A stretch of 35,477 nt of DNA from a virus. The notes beneath the pieces are model-generated. The model was not told where the DNA came from. It was given only the letters and a program-made list of their open reading frames with translations, and did no database searches. The position numbers and the translations under genes are program-made. The stretch is taken from UHGV virus genome UHGV-1967114. One strand, given 5' to 3'. Positions 1 through 8,185 of this stretch are shown here, piece by piece; positions within the stretch are counted from its first letter, which is position 1, and every line of letters begins with the position of its first letter.

Positions 1-263
1 CTGAAGCGTTGACCCAGGGCGAAACAGTTGCTGAAGCGATGGAAGCGGCAAAAGATGCTTTACTGACCGCATTTGATTTTTATTTTGAAGATAATGAGCT
101 AATCCCGTTGCCTTCGCCATTAACTAACAACGATCACTTTATTGAAGTACCTTTGAGCGTCGCCTCTAAAGTATTGCTGTTAAATGCTTTTTTACAGTCA
201 GAAATCACTCAGCAAGAGTTAGCCAGGCGAATTGGCAACCCGAATGTAGTCAACCCAAAATAA
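1..263 (+). CDS. hicB: HicB-family antitoxin, 5' portion of a gene interrupted by prophage insertion (truncated by window start); ORF now ends in 8 phage-derived codons (NPNVVNPK) then stop
   Basis: In-frame translation ...TQGETVAEAMEAAKDALLTAFDFYFEDNELIPLPSP...SEITQQELARRIG matches my recollection of E. coli HicB N-domain plus first half of an XRE-type HTH; second half of the HTH is found at 35268..35381 on the same strand. Confidence 0.75.
   Translation, partial: EALTQGETVAEAMEAAKDALLTAFDFYFEDNELIPLPSPLTNNDHFIEVPLSVASKVLLLNAFLQSEITQQELARRIGNPNVVNPK
231..246. other. attL junction: host ATTGGC - AA - phage CCCGAATG; putative 2-bp crossover AA at 237-238
   Basis: hicB reading frame diverges immediately after codon GGC-AA; compare attR at 35261..35276 where hicB frame resumes after AA. 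Confidence 0.55.
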
Positions 264-434
264 CTAAAAATTTTGCAATAAAAAGCCCCATCACAAGGAC
301 AGGGCTATAGAATCAATGAATTAGAAGAATTCTATAGCAACTGAGTCGCAATTAACACCATAAGAAATGAACTTAGGAACTAACTAGTAATATTCAGGCG
401 TTTAACTATCTCTGATTGTATTATGTCGCCTCTA

Positions 435-1229
435 TCATTTTTTCTCTACACAAGAATATTTCCATTCGATTTCCTTTCCGGTACGGTTGTCAACATAAAT
501 ATGATGATAGTCCAGTGTTCTTACATCATCAACCATCTTATCACCGGAATATGTTTTTCCGTGTTGTGCGTATAACTCTACACCAGTTTTTGTAGTTTTT
601 GACATGAATCCATCAGCGTCAATATTCATTTCCACTACAACTGGGGGGTGCATCGTTCCAGAAATTAGAAGTTTTGCCTTGTCTTTGTTTTTATCGATTA
701 CAATTTTTGTGTTTTCTTTCACTATATCACGATCTTCTACACTCAGTCCGTCAATTGTGGTTATCTTAACTACTTTCGGACAAATATATACGAAGTTGCT
801 ATTTGGGGACTTTTCCAGAACAACTTGTTTCTCTTTGGTTTTTAGAGTTTCTACTGCCTTCGGTTGTTCTTCTTCAACCTTCGCAGAAGTCTCTGAATCG
901 CTTTCTGACGCGGTTTCTTCTTTAGATAATACATCCATCAAGTTTTGGATTTGAGCGTTGTATACAGCCTCCAGTGGCTGAATCTGCCCGATATTGATCA
1001 TTGTATCACGAACAGTTTTATTCCAGTTGCGTTGCTCTTGTTTAAGCGACGGATCAATCTTAACAGCCTTAACATATACTTCATGAAGTTTAGAGTCCAG
1101 TGCGGAGATTGACTCATTAGCACAAATAAACTTCTCTGATTTGGTAGTAGCTTTAGTGCAATCGAAGGATGCAGCATTAGCACCGAATGCAGTAGCAGAA
1201 AGAACGATAGCAGCGATAATGTTTTTCAT
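435..1229 (-). CDS. Secreted protein with N-terminal LprI/DUF1311-like domain (signal peptide MKNIIAAIVLSATAFGANA) and C-terminal Cys-containing domain; probable moron
   Basis: Signal peptide; motif C-x(n)-EKFIC...LD..L...Y....QR.W...RD typical of DUF1311; RBS AGAGG upstream of ATG on minus strand. Confidence 0.6.
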   Translation of the reverse strand: MKNIIAAIVLSATAFGANAASFDCTKATTKSEKFICANESISALDSKLHEVYVKAVKIDPSLKQEQRNWNKTVRDTMINIGQIQPLEAVYNAQIQNLMDVLSKEETASESDSETSAKVEEEQPKAVETLKTKEKQVVLEKSPNSNFVYICPKVVKITTIDGLSVEDRDIVKENTKIVIDKNKDKAKLLISGTMHPPVVVEMNIDADGFMSKTTKTGVELYAQHGKTYSGDKMVDDVRTLDYHHIYVDNRTGKEIEWKYSCVEKK

Positions 1230-1587
1230 TTTATACCTCTTTTGGTATGGACTGACTTTTAGATGCTTACTTTATTGATTTTTGATATTTTTTCAATTAT
1301 TGGGATGAGATTTAGTAATTAAATTAAGAAATTAATGCTTGACAAATTAAAAAGGTACTGTTCCACGGATGAAATAAAGGGAGTTTTCGGCACCCCGGTA
1401 TTTGATGTGCGTGTGAGATTCTAAAACGTGATCACTTCACTTATGGCGCGGTCGCTACGCGACTATTAACCCACTTCCTAACCCTTACCATTACTGGATC
1501 TTTCCCTTCGTTAGAATGCGATTTAGGCGCTTAGATTGTGCGTAAAACCAATAAATAAAATTACGCAAATTTAATGGAGGATAACCA

Positions 1588-2142
1588 ATGAAAGAAGAAT
1601 TAACCCTTACAGAAATTTCCCGTTTATATGGCTATACATTGAATGGTGGCGGTAAGCGATGGTTAGAAAGGGGATTGCCATTTAACACCAATACCCGCCG
1701 CGTGCCAGCCAAAGAAGGAACAGAATGGGTCTTGAAAAATATTATCAACCCGCTTAAACAAACTTCTATCAAAGAACAAATCGACGTAGAGAAATTACGC
1801 CGTGAACGTGCTTTGGCAGATGCAGCCGAACGAGAGAACCAGGAAAAAATGAATCTCCTGATTCCTGTCGGTTATGTAGAACAGGAACTAGCGGAATACT
1901 GCGGGAAAGTGAAACAGACTATTTTGCAGATTTGTACGATCGATGCCCTAGAAATTTTAGAATCCGCCACTGATCAGAAAACATTGAAGAATAAGCTAAG
2001 GGAGATCATCGAACGTCGTTTAAATGAAGTAGGGGACTTGTTCGAAAATGCAGATTTGGGAGAAGACGAGGAAGAAGAATTAGCATTAATGGATGAACCG
2101 GAACAAGAACCAGAAGAAGACGATGAATTTGATGTGTCTTAA
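1588..2142 (+). CDS. Nu1-like DNA-packaging protein / terminase small subunit candidate (N-terminal HTH, GGGK motif, EKLRRE, acidic C-terminus)
   Basis: Pattern resembles lambda Nu1 N-terminus (HTH...GGGK...EKLRRE); strong RBS GGAGG 9 nt upstream; note it is not adjacent to the large subunit. Confidence 0.5.
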   Translation: MKEELTLTEISRLYGYTLNGGGKRWLERGLPFNTNTRRVPAKEGTEWVLKNIINPLKQTSIKEQIDVEKLRRERALADAAERENQEKMNLLIPVGYVEQELAEYCGKVKQTILQICTIDALEILESATDQKTLKNKLREIIERRLNEVGDLFENADLGEDEEEELALMDEPEQEPEEDDEFDVS

Positions 2143-2242
2143 AAATTAGATACTAAATATATACGTGAAGGATGTTGAGCTGGTCAACGTCTACGGGGGA
2201 GAACATCCCCCGCTAACCTTTTTCTTATTTGAGGATTTACCT

Positions 2243-2344
2243 ATGGTTGAATTTTTGATTTATCTGGCTGTAGGATTAACTATCGTATATTCACTTGCTC
2301 ACATTGGCATTTCTACTGTGTGTAACGCTTTCAAGTATCATTAA
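2243..2344 (+). CDS. Small hydrophobic membrane peptide (33 aa)
   Basis: ATG preceded by GAGGA RBS; single predicted TM helix; below ORF-track size cutoff. Confidence 0.3.
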   Translation: MVEFLIYLAVGLTIVYSLAHIGISTVCNAFKYH

Positions 2345-2397
2345 TTAAATCGATGAATTGAACTATAGATGATGGTCGTTTTCAAAGAGGATTATCT

Positions 2398-2571
2398 ATG
2401 GATCTTTTTGTCTACTTTGCTACTCTGCTGTTTTTGACTATCGTCGCTGGCATTAAATTGATTTTTATATCGCTGGTGGTGTTTTTCAAATTTCTAATCG
2501 GTACGCCTTACGGCTGGGTATGCTTAATCCAGTTTATTCTTTTTAGTTGCTGTAAAAAGGATACTAAATAA
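2398..2571 (+). CDS. Small membrane protein (57 aa, two hydrophobic segments)
   Basis: ATG preceded by AGAGGA RBS; hydrophobic composition. Confidence 0.35.
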   Translation: MDLFVYFATLLFLTIVAGIKLIFISLVVFFKFLIGTPYGWVCLIQFILFSCCKKDTK

Positions 2572-2728
2572 TAGTGTAATCTGCCTTTTCTCCTTATGGT
2601 TATTAACAGGGGATCTTCTTTGAGGATTCCCGATTAAAAGCCATAAAACACACTCCAGTACAGTGTTTTCATAGTCAGTGATCTATACAACACAAAAACA
2701 TAACAAGTATAGATTGAGTATTAATCCT

Positions 2729-2757
2729 CCCGCCCTTCGGGGCGGTTATTTTTCTGG
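2729..2757 (+). terminator. Intrinsic terminator (CCCGCCC-TTCG-GGGCGG + T-run)
   Basis: GC stem with UUCG tetraloop followed by TTATTTTTCT. Confidence 0.6.
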
Positions 2758-2830
2758 CTTTAAAGAATAATGTAGCATTATGTTCATTATAACCTCATCT
2801 TTGTTGTGCAAACCTAACCTAAACTTACTA

Positions 2831-2857
2831 GGGACTCTTCGGAGTCCCTTTTTTATT
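2831..2857 (+). terminator. Intrinsic terminator (GGGACTC-TTCG-GAGTCCC + T6)
   Basis: Perfect 7-bp stem, UUCG loop, TTTTTTATT; overlaps 3' end of minus-strand gene 2853..3794. Confidence 0.6.
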
Positions 2858-3794
2858 GGCAGTAAGAAAAGTTAGTACCGTACATTTCATCATGAAGCAT
2901 TGCAGCATTGCGTTTCTGTTCTTCTTCCTCGTCTACCGCATCACTAGAAAAATGAGATTTGCCCTTAAAAGAACGAAGCAATTGCAGTGCAGCCATCGGA
3001 TCACGCATCACATCGATTTTCACTTCTACTTCATCATTTGCGGCCTCATCAGCCGCATTTTCAACTACTGCCACCGGAGCAACTTCTTTAGCTTTCAGTT
3101 CTTCAATTTCAGCTTTCTGGGCTTCGATAATCTGGTCTTTTTCTTCCAGTGCAGCTTTCAGTTCTGCGATCTGTGCTTCCAGTGCAGCAAAGCGATCTTC
3201 TACAACAGGAGAAACAGCATTAACCTGTGCTTCCAGTTCCAGAAATGCTTCGCAAGATTCAATACGTTCTTTCTCTTCACCTTCATAAGCAACCAGTTCT
3301 ACAACTTCTTTTTCGGTAGCGTGGCTGTTAAAGAATACAGCAAAGTAAGGATTGCCGGATTTAGTGAAGTTCAGTTTAGCTTTTCCGGTAACTTCTTTAC
3401 GACGACCGAAGGTGATCTGGCAATCAGCGGTATCCTGAAAATCCATGTTAGGAGCGGAAACGATAGCAGTATCACCAGCAATAACCAGGTGGAACAGTTC
3501 AGAAGAGTTCTTAACGGTAAAGGTAACGATGTGGTCTACTGCAACGTCTTTAGCTGGTTTAACGCGGTCGATTGCTTTACGAATGCCGTTAGGCAGTTTA
3601 CCGTCAACACCAAAGCCAGCCGCGATCAGTGCTTCACGATGTGCTTTAAAGCCAGCGAAAGCGGATTTCTGCTGCGCAAAGGAAACATGAGCAACAACTT
3701 TCGGCTGAATCTTCTTGTTTGCTTCGGTGCCAAATTTGATAACTGCTTTAGCGTTGGTTACTTCGTTAGTGAAAAAGTTAGCGGAAAATAACAT
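2853..3794 (-). CDS. Hypothetical early protein with central coiled coil (AALEAQIAELKAALEEKDQIIEAQKAEIEELKAKE) and acidic region; function unknown
   Basis: 313-aa ORF with normal amino-acid composition; overlapping plus-strand ORFs are low-complexity and rejected. Confidence 0.6.
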   Translation of the reverse strand: MLFSANFFTNEVTNAKAVIKFGTEANKKIQPKVVAHVSFAQQKSAFAGFKAHREALIAAGFGVDGKLPNGIRKAIDRVKPAKDVAVDHIVTFTVKNSSELFHLVIAGDTAIVSAPNMDFQDTADCQITFGRRKEVTGKAKLNFTKSGNPYFAVFFNSHATEKEVVELVAYEGEEKERIESCEAFLELEAQVNAVSPVVEDRFAALEAQIAELKAALEEKDQIIEAQKAEIEELKAKEVAPVAVVENAADEAANDEVEVKIDVMRDPMAALQLLRSFKGKSHFSSDAVDEEEEQKRNAAMLHDEMYGTNFSYCQ

Positions 3795-3840
3795 TATAAA
3801 TACTCCTGTGGAAAGTTAGTTTTAATTGTTCATCGCAAAA

Positions 3841-3875
3841 GCCTCCTTGTTGCCGCAAGGGGGCTTTTTTATTTT
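3841..3875. terminator. Intrinsic terminator, possibly bidirectional (GCCTCCTTG...CAAGGGGGC + T6, A4 on other side)
   Basis: 9-bp stem with one wobble, 6-nt loop, T-run on plus side and short A-run upstream. Confidence 0.55.
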
Positions 3876-3906
3876 TAAAGCCATCATATAATTCTCAGTC
3901 AAAGTA

Positions 3907-4089
3907 TCAGTAAACCTCTGCGGTTATCTTTACTTTAATGTCATACTTCTTTAAGAGTTTGTGGAAGGTTGATTGATCAATACCTTCACCTTTAAACCAT
4001 TCACCAATCACTACATCAGGCGTCAGTTCAAAATAACGCTTTGCCATTTCTAAAACGATTTCACGAGTGAACTTAACAGGTCGTGCCAT
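3907..4089 (-). CDS. Small putative DNA-binding protein (60 aa), member of a 3-gene paralog family sharing motif F.RE...[FY]..LKKY.IKV
   Basis: Strong RBS AGGAGG 8 nt upstream; shared motif with 7207..7467 and both halves of 7470..8045. Confidence 0.55.
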   Translation of the reverse strand: MARPVKFTREIVLEMAKRYFELTPDVVIGEWFKGEGIDQSTFHKLLKKYDIKVKITAEVY

Positions 4090-4124
4090 CTTGAATCCTC
4101 CTAAATCTGGATTAATTATTTCTT

Positions 4125-4147
4125 AAAAAAAAGAGCGTTAACCGCTC
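4125..4147 (-). terminator. Possible leader terminator/attenuator upstream of 3907..4089 (minus strand GAGCG-GTTAA-CGCTC + T8)
   Basis: Short 5-bp stem but followed by 8 consecutive T on minus strand, located between candidate promoter and the gene RBS. Confidence 0.3.
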
Positions 4148-4606
4148 ATTGTTATTTATACGGGGATTGTTTTTTAATTTTTCAACCCCTCACATTTATC
4201 TCTTATATATGTATTTATAACAGAGATATGTTAAAATGTTATTCAGATGTTATCAGGCGTGTTAAATGTGTTAAACCACAGCACGAATTGCTAAAGCGAA
4301 GAACGCGATTTAACCAAATTGATGTATATTTAATCAATTTAGAAAAATGCATAGCACTTTTTGCTAAAGCGGTGAGTATTAATTGAGCTATGAATTGTAA
4401 AGATTTGTTACAGGATTTTCTCTCAGATCCAAACCTTAACAGACATATAACAATTTAACAGGATAATAACAATAGGAAGGAAAATCGGTAAATTTTTACT
4501 TTCAATACAAATATTATAACATATTTATCTCGAATTGTCAATTATACCACTGTTCCTACACAGTGTCAACAAAGGACTTTCAAACCTACACTAGCCCTAC
4601 ACTATG

Positions 4607-4785
4607 AAAATTGCCCCTGAACCAAAATCCCCTAGATTTCACATCCCATTTTTGCCCCTGAAACCCACTATTTTTGCCCCTGAAATTCTGGGAAACAGTG
4701 ATTTTGCCCCTCATTTTTGCCCCTGAAATGCCAATAATTGCCCCTGAAAATCTAATTTTTGCCCCTGAAATTTGCCCCCGAAAAG
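4607..4785 (+). repeat. Array of 8 direct repeats, consensus TTTTTGCCCCTGAAA, spacing 13-41 bp, in a 1.37-kb non-coding region; candidate iterons / protein-binding array
   Basis: Copies at about 4611, 4652, 4674, 4704(variant CTCA), 4717, 4738, 4759, 4772(variant CCCCCGA), all same orientation. Confidence 0.8.
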
Positions 4786-5458
4786 GATTGGTAAGAAAAA
4801 CTCTTTATAAAACATTAAGTTAGTGAGGGCAAAAACGGGGAATTGGGCGTGCATAGATATTATATAACACATTCGCTACGCTCATGTGTAAAACCAAAAA
4901 CAACAAATAACCAAAAAGATATTAGGAGGGCGTAGCCCGACTGCGCGAAGCGCTAACCAATTACTTCTAGTAACACTAATTTAAACTAGATGATACTAGA
5001 TGGTCTTAGAAGGAATTAACTAGTTTGCTCGCTCGCTTCGCTCACTCTCAAACGTCTGCGACGCCACTGCGTGGCATCGAGAATCACTTCTGAAAGGATT
5101 TTCTTGAAAGGGATTTTAAACTAGTTACTAACTGATTCTAGTAAACGAACGAAGTGAGTAACAATCACTTTCTAGAAAGGTATTGGTATCCCTTCGGGAT
5201 TGCAACCTTCGGTTGCTAAATTTCTTCCTGATTATTATTTCTTCAAAAGAAAGATTCTTATATTCTAAAGATACTTCTTCGTTTTGGTGATGATTTAATC
5301 AAAATCTATGAAGGAGGGCTTTAGCCCGACTGAATCCAATCACCTTTCAAGTACAGACCAGTTTTGGACTCTACCAGATCACTCTTTTCATAATAACAAG
5401 AATTTTCTCTTTATAAATAATATTAGATTGATTCACTTTCTTTTAGAGGATTTCCACT

Positions 5459-5926
5459 ATGAACCATAAAATGACTACCACTACTCCTTTTATCCTTCTG
5501 GGTCTGGATTCTGATAGCTTCCACAATGACAAGTTAATGAAGATGTTCCGTGAACGTGGTTATAACATCCTTTTCAACTCTGATGAATCCCATTTCTCTA
5601 GTGCATGGTATGCGTTTTGCCGTAATAAGAAGCCGACCATTGTTGTTAACGTCTTCACCGATGAAGAACGCTTAAAGTACCAGAATCTACCAGCAATTAT
5701 TGTTCGTGATGATCTGCCGTTTCAAGTCCGTTCCGGTGACATTGATCTGGGTAGCTTCGTTACTGTCTATGAACTGGATGAAGCAATGTTTAACTACGGT
5801 AAAGAAACCGCTCAGGAAGCCCCAGAAGAAGATGAACAAGACGAAGATGACGACGACTACGCACCAATCTGTTTTTCTTCTCAGAATGGCTTCTACGGTT
5901 ACGACGAAGGCTTAGATATGCTGTAA
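5459..5926 (+). CDS. Hypothetical early protein with highly acidic C-terminus (EEDEQDEDDDDY)
   Basis: 155-aa ORF, RBS AGAGGA; acidic tail. Confidence 0.6.
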   Translation: MNHKMTTTTPFILLGLDSDSFHNDKLMKMFRERGYNILFNSDESHFSSAWYAFCRNKKPTIVVNVFTDEERLKYQNLPAIIVRDDLPFQVRSGDIDLGSFVTVYELDEAMFNYGKETAQEAPEEDEQDEDDDDYAPICFSSQNGFYGYDEGLDML

Positions 5927-5948
5927 GTTAGGTCAACCCTTTGGTGTC

Positions 5949-5990
5949 TTGTCAAGGGGTATTGACAAAAATTTCTAACTTTTTTATGAT
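5949..5990 (+). promoter_or_regulatory. Sigma70-like promoter (TTGACA 5962-5967, 17-bp spacer, TATGAT 5985-5990) overlapped by inverted repeat TTGTCAA-N6-TTGACAA (5949-5968); candidate operator
   Basis: Near-consensus -35/-10 with optimal spacing; palindromic half-sites; third TTGACAA copy at 5999-6005. Confidence 0.5.
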
Positions 5991-6048
5991 TATCGCACTT
6001 GACAACTATGAATCTATTTGACCTAGATTTGTAAATGGAATGTTAATT

Positions 6049-6195
6049 ATGAACGCTACTAAGAAAATTGATGGACGCAAAAACCCGAACCGCAAACCGT
6101 GGACCCCAAACCTGAATTTCTCAATGGTTGACTTCCATGAACGCCAGCGTCGCATTCAAGAAGAAATTGATCGCGCGATTGCTGAATCTAAATGA
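6049..6195 (+). CDS. Small basic protein (48 aa)
   Basis: ATG downstream of promoter at 5962-5990; basic composition; below ORF-track cutoff. Confidence 0.3.
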   Translation: MNATKKIDGRKNPNRKPWTPNLNFSMVDFHERQRRIQEEIDRAIAESK

Positions 6196-6284
6196 GATAA
6201 AAATTTCTTTATAAATAAAATTGTTCCGGTAGTGATGCCGGAACTAGGAGGATCATCACTAAACCGTTTAAGGGGGATTTTACT

Positions 6285-7127
6285 ATGAATACTGTTACTA
6301 CTATGAATACTGCTATTAAACCTGCTTCCGTGTCTCTGGTTGTTGATAACACCAAACCGCTGACCATGTCTACTTTGCAGATCGCGGAATTAACCGGAAA
6401 GAATCATAAAGATGTTATGCGTGATTTTCGTAATATGGTTGATTCACTTGAAAAGGGTAGCAAACTGGTCGGAGGAGATGAGCGCAATTTTGCGCCCATC
6501 GGTTTTTATAAAGAAACGACTTATAAAGATTCTCTGAATCGTAATAAACCGATGTATGAACTGGATGAAGATCTCTGTAATACTCTGGTTATGGGATACG
6601 ATGCACCGCTTCGCTTCAAAATTGCTAAAGAATGGCGTTTGATGAAAGAAGGTAAAGCTAATGTTCCGGTTAATCCATATGAACACTTTGAAGAAACCGA
6701 TTGGATCGAACTGGCATTAGAGAAAACCCGCGAAAACAAACGTCTGGTTGAATTGCATGTTCGTAAAGCTATCGACACACACAGTCTTAGCCGCTTATTA
6801 GGCGAAAAACGAGGCTCTACGAAGGTACAAATGATTCTGAAAGGTTTATGTGCTGCTGGTGTTCTTGAGCGTCGTCTGGATGATTCTGGTAAGCCTAAAG
6901 GCTATGATCTGCTTCCTCCTGGCTATATGTTCGCTCGTATGTCGGCACACGGTCAGATCGAGTTCACTGCTGATGCTATCCCGCATCTCGTAAAACTCGG
7001 ATTGCTTGAAGAAGAAAAGGCCGCAACTTTGAAATTGCCACAGCCGAATAACTCACGAGCAATCGTCAATAATACTGCTTTGCTGATTCGTCAGAATGCT
7101 GGATCACTGGAACACTTCGGACTGTAA
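6285..7127 (+). CDS. Rha-family phage regulatory protein / antirepressor-like (N-terminal Rha domain, C-terminal Ant-like domain)
   Basis: N-terminal motif LQIAELTGKNHKDVMRDFRNMVDSLE...LVMGYD typical of Phage_pRha domain (recollection). Confidence 0.65.
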   Translation: MNTVTTMNTAIKPASVSLVVDNTKPLTMSTLQIAELTGKNHKDVMRDFRNMVDSLEKGSKLVGGDERNFAPIGFYKETTYKDSLNRNKPMYELDEDLCNTLVMGYDAPLRFKIAKEWRLMKEGKANVPVNPYEHFEETDWIELALEKTRENKRLVELHVRKAIDTHSLSRLLGEKRGSTKVQMILKGLCAAGVLERRLDDSGKPKGYDLLPPGYMFARMSAHGQIEFTADAIPHLVKLGLLEEEKAATLKLPQPNNSRAIVNNTALLIRQNAGSLEHFGL

Positions 7128-7135
7128 TAATTTTT

Positions 7136-7164
7136 GCCCCTGAATTTCAGGGGCTTTTTGTTTT
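7136..7164 (+). terminator. Intrinsic terminator built from one copy of the TTTTTGCCCCTGAA motif paired with its inverted partner (GCCCCTG-AATTT-CAGGGGC + T-run)
   Basis: 7-bp GC stem, 5-nt loop, TTTTTGTTTT immediately downstream of stop at 7127. Confidence 0.65.
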
Positions 7165-7172
7165 CTATAGGT

Positions 7173-7198
7173 ATAAAAAAGCCACTCCGAAGAGTGGC
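7173..7198 (-). terminator. Intrinsic terminator for the minus-strand operon (GCCACTC-CGAA-GAGTGGC, A-run on plus = T-run on minus)
   Basis: Perfect 7-bp stem and tetraloop 9 nt downstream of stop of 7207..7467. Confidence 0.6.
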
Positions 7199-7206
7199 AA
7201 TGAGAA

Positions 7207-7467
7207 TCAAACTCCGTTGATTGGTACAACCTCTCCACCGTCTACACGTATAAAGAACTCGACATTAAGTTTCTTCATACTTTTATAAAACTGGGCGGTG
7301 GAGATGCCCAGATCGTTTAATACTTTCTCTCTGCTTTCTTTACCCTTGCCAGCTTTGTAAAACTCGTAGCAAATGTATGCCAGTTGTTCACGATTAAAAC
7401 GGGCAGGACGACCGCGAGTAGCTTTAGTAGTCATAGTCATTTTCTCCAAATTAAAGTGAATGTTCAC
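7207..7467 (-). CDS. Small putative DNA-binding protein (86 aa), paralog of 3907..4089
   Basis: Shared motif ...FYKSMKKLNVEFFIRVDGGE.. with the C-terminal half of 7470..8045. Confidence 0.55.
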   Translation of the reverse strand: MNIHFNLEKMTMTTKATRGRPARFNREQLAYICYEFYKAGKGKESREKVLNDLGISTAQFYKSMKKLNVEFFIRVDGGEVVPINGV

Positions 7468-7469
7468 CT

Positions 7470-8045
7470 TTATTTAGAGGACTTAGATTTTATAGGAAAA
7501 AGTTCTCCATCGTCAACTGACATAAAGAACTCAACCTTAATCCCGTACTTCTTCAACCGTGAATAATATGTACCCCGACTTATATCAACCTTGCGAAGCA
7601 CTTCAAAGAAGGACTTAGGATCGTTGTAATAGTGGCTGTACTTCACGTTAGCGAGTTCAACGAATAGTTCTCTTGTATCACCATAGTCTTTCTTAAAAGC
7701 CACGTTACGATAGCGTGTAATGGCATGATTCAATCTCTTCTGTTTAAGCACTTCCCTGATCGGTGTCCACTGCAACCGATAGATAGGACCGTCATCTACT
7801 CGATAGAATCGCTTAATGTCAAAATCAAACCACTCACGGACTCGCTGAAACTCTGTCTGTGATGTGCGATGCTTCTTAAAGAAGTTATGAATATCGGTAT
7901 ACCCATTATCACGATACAACTCGATTAAAATCTGTTTAGCTTCCTCACGACTAAAGCCAGATGTTGTGTAGTCGGTCTTTAAGTGCTTATGTTTTACTGG
8001 CAAACGATATTCATGATCGGTACAAGACAAGACAAGACAAGACAA
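7470..8045 (-). CDS. Protein with tandem duplication of the same HTH-like module (191 aa); start codon uncertain (only TTG candidates, inside the pentanucleotide repeat)
   Basis: Two internal copies of the family motif ending VDDG; no in-frame ATG near 5' end. Confidence 0.45.
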   Translation of the reverse strand: MSCLVLSCTDHEYRLPVKHKHLKTDYTTSGFSREEAKQILIELYRDNGYTDIHNFFKKHRTSQTEFQRVREWFDFDIKRFYRVDDGPIYRLQWTPIREVLKQKRLNHAITRYRNVAFKKDYGDTRELFVELANVKYSHYYNDPKSFFEVLRKVDISRGTYYSRLKKYGIKVEFFMSVDDGELFPIKSKSSK

Positions 8046-8056
8046 GACAAGACAAG
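8022..8056. repeat. Pentanucleotide microsatellite (ACAAG)x7 (CTTGT on minus strand)
   Basis: Seven perfect tandem units read directly from the sequence. Confidence 0.9.
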
Positions 8057-8185
8057 GCTAATTCTAATTCATCTCTTTCTTGCTGATTAATTAGCATACA
8101 CCCCCCCTTAAATCTTAATACCCGTATTTATCAAAATATCAACAATTTAATAAATACCTTCATATTTCGTAATGAGGGTAATTAC

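Noticed and set aside
604-1183. ORFs 604..954 (+) and 998..1183 (-) overlapping the secreted-protein gene
   Set aside because: Antisense or alternate-frame shadows of 435..1229, which has a clear signal peptide and DUF1311-like motif.
2856-3791. 311-aa plus-strand ORF (and nested 2959..3288, 3445..3690) antisense to 2853..3794
   Set aside because: Low-complexity Phe/Ser-rich translation with no RBS; the minus-strand frame gives a protein-like sequence with coiled coil, so the plus ORFs are shadow ORFs.
4607-4785. Repeat array as a CRISPR array
   Set aside because: Repeats are only ~15 bp with irregular 13-41 bp spacing and no cas genes; inconsistent with CRISPR architecture.
4900-5260. Possible tRNA or tmRNA in the non-coding region
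   Set aside because: No cloverleaf-compatible arrangement, no T-loop consensus (GTTCRANYC) or CCA-adjacent acceptor stem could be found by eye; UUCG hairpins alone are insufficient.
5307-5468. 53-aa ORF starting at ATG 5307 overlapping the start of 5459..5926
   Set aside because: Although AGGAGG is present, it overlaps the ATG rather than preceding it; likely part of the repeated GGAGGGC..TAGCCCGACTG element rather than a gene.
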